Of a stretch of 64,000 nt of DNA, positions 61,610 through 64,000 are shown one piece after another (positions within the stretch are counted from its first letter, which is position 1; every line of letters begins with the position of its first letter). The DNA is taken from the NCBI RefSeq assembly GCF_001447785.1, contig NW_015163118.1, positions 1-64,000 of the forward strand, in the 5' to 3' direction. A program made the position numbers and the translations under genes. Origin of the DNA: Gekko japonicus. Taxonomy: Eukaryota. The notes beneath the pieces are model-generated. The model searched no databases, was not told the DNA's origin, and saw nothing but the letters and a program-made list of their open reading frames with translations.

Positions 61610-62508
61610 CTGTAAGGCAAGAAGAAAAAATGTGATGAGAGCCTTTCTGCATGTTTGTGGGTGGCAGCTGTACTCACAAGTGACTTATTGTCAGAGTCAT
61701 AAATAGGATCGTAACTCATAGGATAGCATTGTGAAAAGGCTGAGGCCTTTTGGATCCAAGACAGGAGCTGTTTCTGTTTGACTTAGCAACCTGACAAGTG
61801 TTGCATTTTTAGGCCTGCTTGTAAAACAAGGCTTGTGAGCAGTGGTGCATGAAGCAGCTTCCCATGCAACAGGACCAATTTTAACCACCTCCCTTAACAG
61901 GAAATAATCTGATGAGGATCTCGCATGGTGGAGAATACTAAAAGTAACTATCTGAGCCTGTGCAACCATGTATTTTCTGCACAAAAGATAAAATACTGTA
62001 TCAAAAAACCCCACAAAAACTGGATTCTTTAGCAAAGTCATATTTGCATATATTCAGTATTATTTTGCTTAGTGCTGCTGCTAGTAAGCAGAGGAAGGGA
62101 AAGGTAGGTCTTTGGAAAGCCTATTCAGTTCCTCCATACTACATACTGGAATTACCAAGCATTCCACACCCTTGGTTTCATCATGAACTTTCGGTCATAT
62201 TTTTACAGCCTTAGAAGCTGGGTGCTTATTTTTTGTTTTAAGAATGAAAGGTGGGATTTTCACCTGCACCCATTTCTACTTTTCTGTTCTTGTGTGGTGA
62301 TTTTGTGGAGTTGCATGGAATTTACTGAGCGAGATCATGGAACTGCATGGAAATATGTACATCTCTGTTTGTTGGAGTTCATGGTTAGGAACCTTTTGGT
62401 TTTGGCTCAAGTAATGCATTGTTTGGCTATACTGTGGATAACTAAGCAGCATCCCAGCTATTATGCGAAGATTTTGCTTCCCAGATGTATAAAAGTAGTC
62501 ATACACAC

Positions 62509-62781
62509 CAGTCAAGGGTTGGTTTACATCGCTGTGCTCCTTCACAAACTTAACACATGTTTCTTGTAGGAAAAACTGCAGGGTTTTTGTGGTCTCGTTG
62601 TAGTAGTTCAGCTGGCCAGTGGCATACGAGGCCATGTGGGAGGCCTTCAAAGGCAACCATGTAGCGTTGGCAGCGTAGAATTTCAGGAAAGGACGCCCAT
62701 TCAGTGCCACCTCGTAGAAGCTGTGACTGGTGCTGTTGTGGAAGATCAGGCAGCCCTGAATGCAGTGTACATGAAAGGGAT
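62509..62781 (-). CDS. PROCR: Endothelial protein C receptor-like (PROCR/EPCR) alpha-2 domain exon; gene is 5'-partial, upstream exons not found in the window
   Basis: ttgttgtag|AT CCC TTT ... ACT G|gtgtgt, 273 nt, phase 1-1: xPFHVHCIQGCLIFHNSTSHSFYEVALNGRPFLKFYAANATWLPLKASHMASYATGQLNYYNETTKTLQFFLQETCVKFVKEHSDVNQPLT. Matches the EPCR/CD1 alpha-2 pattern (GC...FYEVAxNG..F..F...W...QLNxYNxT...FLxxTC). Confidence 0.85.
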
Positions 62782-64000
62782 CTACAACAAAGTAGGAGTG
62801 TTAGGAATATACTTCTCAGGTACAGCCTATTTTCACATATTAGTTCCCCGCACCCTTTACATCTCTAGTTAAAGCTGCACTCAGCTCTTGAGAGGAGACT
62901 TTAGGTTCATATGCTAAGCTAAGCAGGAGTTATTTAGATAACAAATTAGAACAATAAAGACTGAAATTCATAGTTTGGCTCAAAGGCACAACCATGAATG
63001 AATGTATACATTCATTAATGTGTACTGCTTGGTTTTAATTTCATCATAGGTCAAGTAGCACAGACAATGGATTTATAGTTTAGTAGTTAAGCATGTTTTA
63101 AATCAGAAGGTCCCAGGTTCAGCTTTTCGGAAATAGGGCCACCTGCCCCACCTGGAGAATTATGGAGGATTAAGGCTTTACATTTGTGGTATCACCTTCC
63201 ATTTATATATTTACAGCTTGCTTTAGGATGCAAACATTGGTTTCTTTGCTGAGAGGTGATACTCTTTTTTAAAAATCCCCCTTTATAAACATGACAGTAT
63301 TCTTGGAGGGTGACTTAGAGGAAGGTGTTCCTTATTAGAAAGCTTCTTAATGGCTTTTATTTTAGTACTTGATGCTAATTATTCATAGACATTGAAACGC
63401 ATGTAGAGAGTTTAGGTGGCTACAAGGGTAGTGAAATTTTTCGTTTCCCTGAAGCCCTATTGGGAAGTAGGGCAGCCCTGCATCTAGCATTTCCAGTTAA
63501 AAGGATTTCCCCAAGTCTCAGAGAGGCCTTTTTCTGCCTTCATCTTTGGAGAAATGCTGCTTATCAGAATAGCCAAGAGTGGACTAAATAATAGATCTAT
63601 ATAGTATATCAACTATAAAGTTACAGGTAGCCACACTGATCTAAAATAAGATCCAAATAATTAATACCGTTTATTAAGACTAACCAAAATGACAGAAAAC
63701 ATATACAAGTTTTCACTTTTTCCAGAATGCTTCATCAAGCTTGGTGTTTAAAAGGGGGAGGTTGGAATAGTTTGTCATGATCTCAAGGCCTGGTCCTGCT
63801 AGCATCCTGGTCTTGCTAGCACTGACCAGCTATGTAGCTATGAAGTGGTGGTGGTCACTCTGGCCTTTGGAGAAGAAGCAGAAGAACATGTAAGAATGAC
63901 TGTGGGCTTAGTCTTTCCCACTGCTGTTGATGTGGACAGAAAATGCTCATGGGAGAAGAATGATAAGTTGTGAATTTAAAAAAAACTGAGGGGAGGTCAG

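Noticed and set aside
62276-62710. 144-aa ORF taken as a single-exon gene, or as AHSG/fetuin expected from human synteny
   Set aside because: Only its N-terminal part is coding (PROCR alpha-2 exon) and the rest is intron read-through; no cystatin-domain motifs seen.

Overview
Vertebrate genomic DNA from a squamate reptile, most likely a gecko (Sauria SINEs, a Squam3-type SINE, BovB, CR1, L2 and abundant hAT MITEs). Four spliced protein-coding genes can be reconstructed by hand. CRYGS (gamma-S crystallin, minus strand, 3 coding exons, 178 aa) is complete. TBCCD1 (minus, 6 coding exons, about 555 aa) has a GC-AG intron and an intron in its 3' UTR. DNAJB11/ERdj3 (plus, 10 exons, 358 aa) lies head-to-head with TBCCD1. 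The last two exons of a PROCR/EPCR-like MHC class I/CD1-family receptor (minus) lie tail-to-tail with DNAJB11, where human has AHSG. The first 16 kb has no recognisable coding gene but holds three solo LTRs with 5-bp TSDs, a 5S-derived SINE and several MITEs. Other notable items: a Penelope-type minimal hammerhead ribozyme fold-back in CRYGS intron 1, loss of the gamma-S Cys cluster, an inverted pair of young Sauria SINEs at the TBCCD1 3' end, and an ERSE-like element in the DNAJB11 promoter. Most six-frame ORFs are spurious. Gene identities and comparisons with human come from recalled sequences, not database searches.
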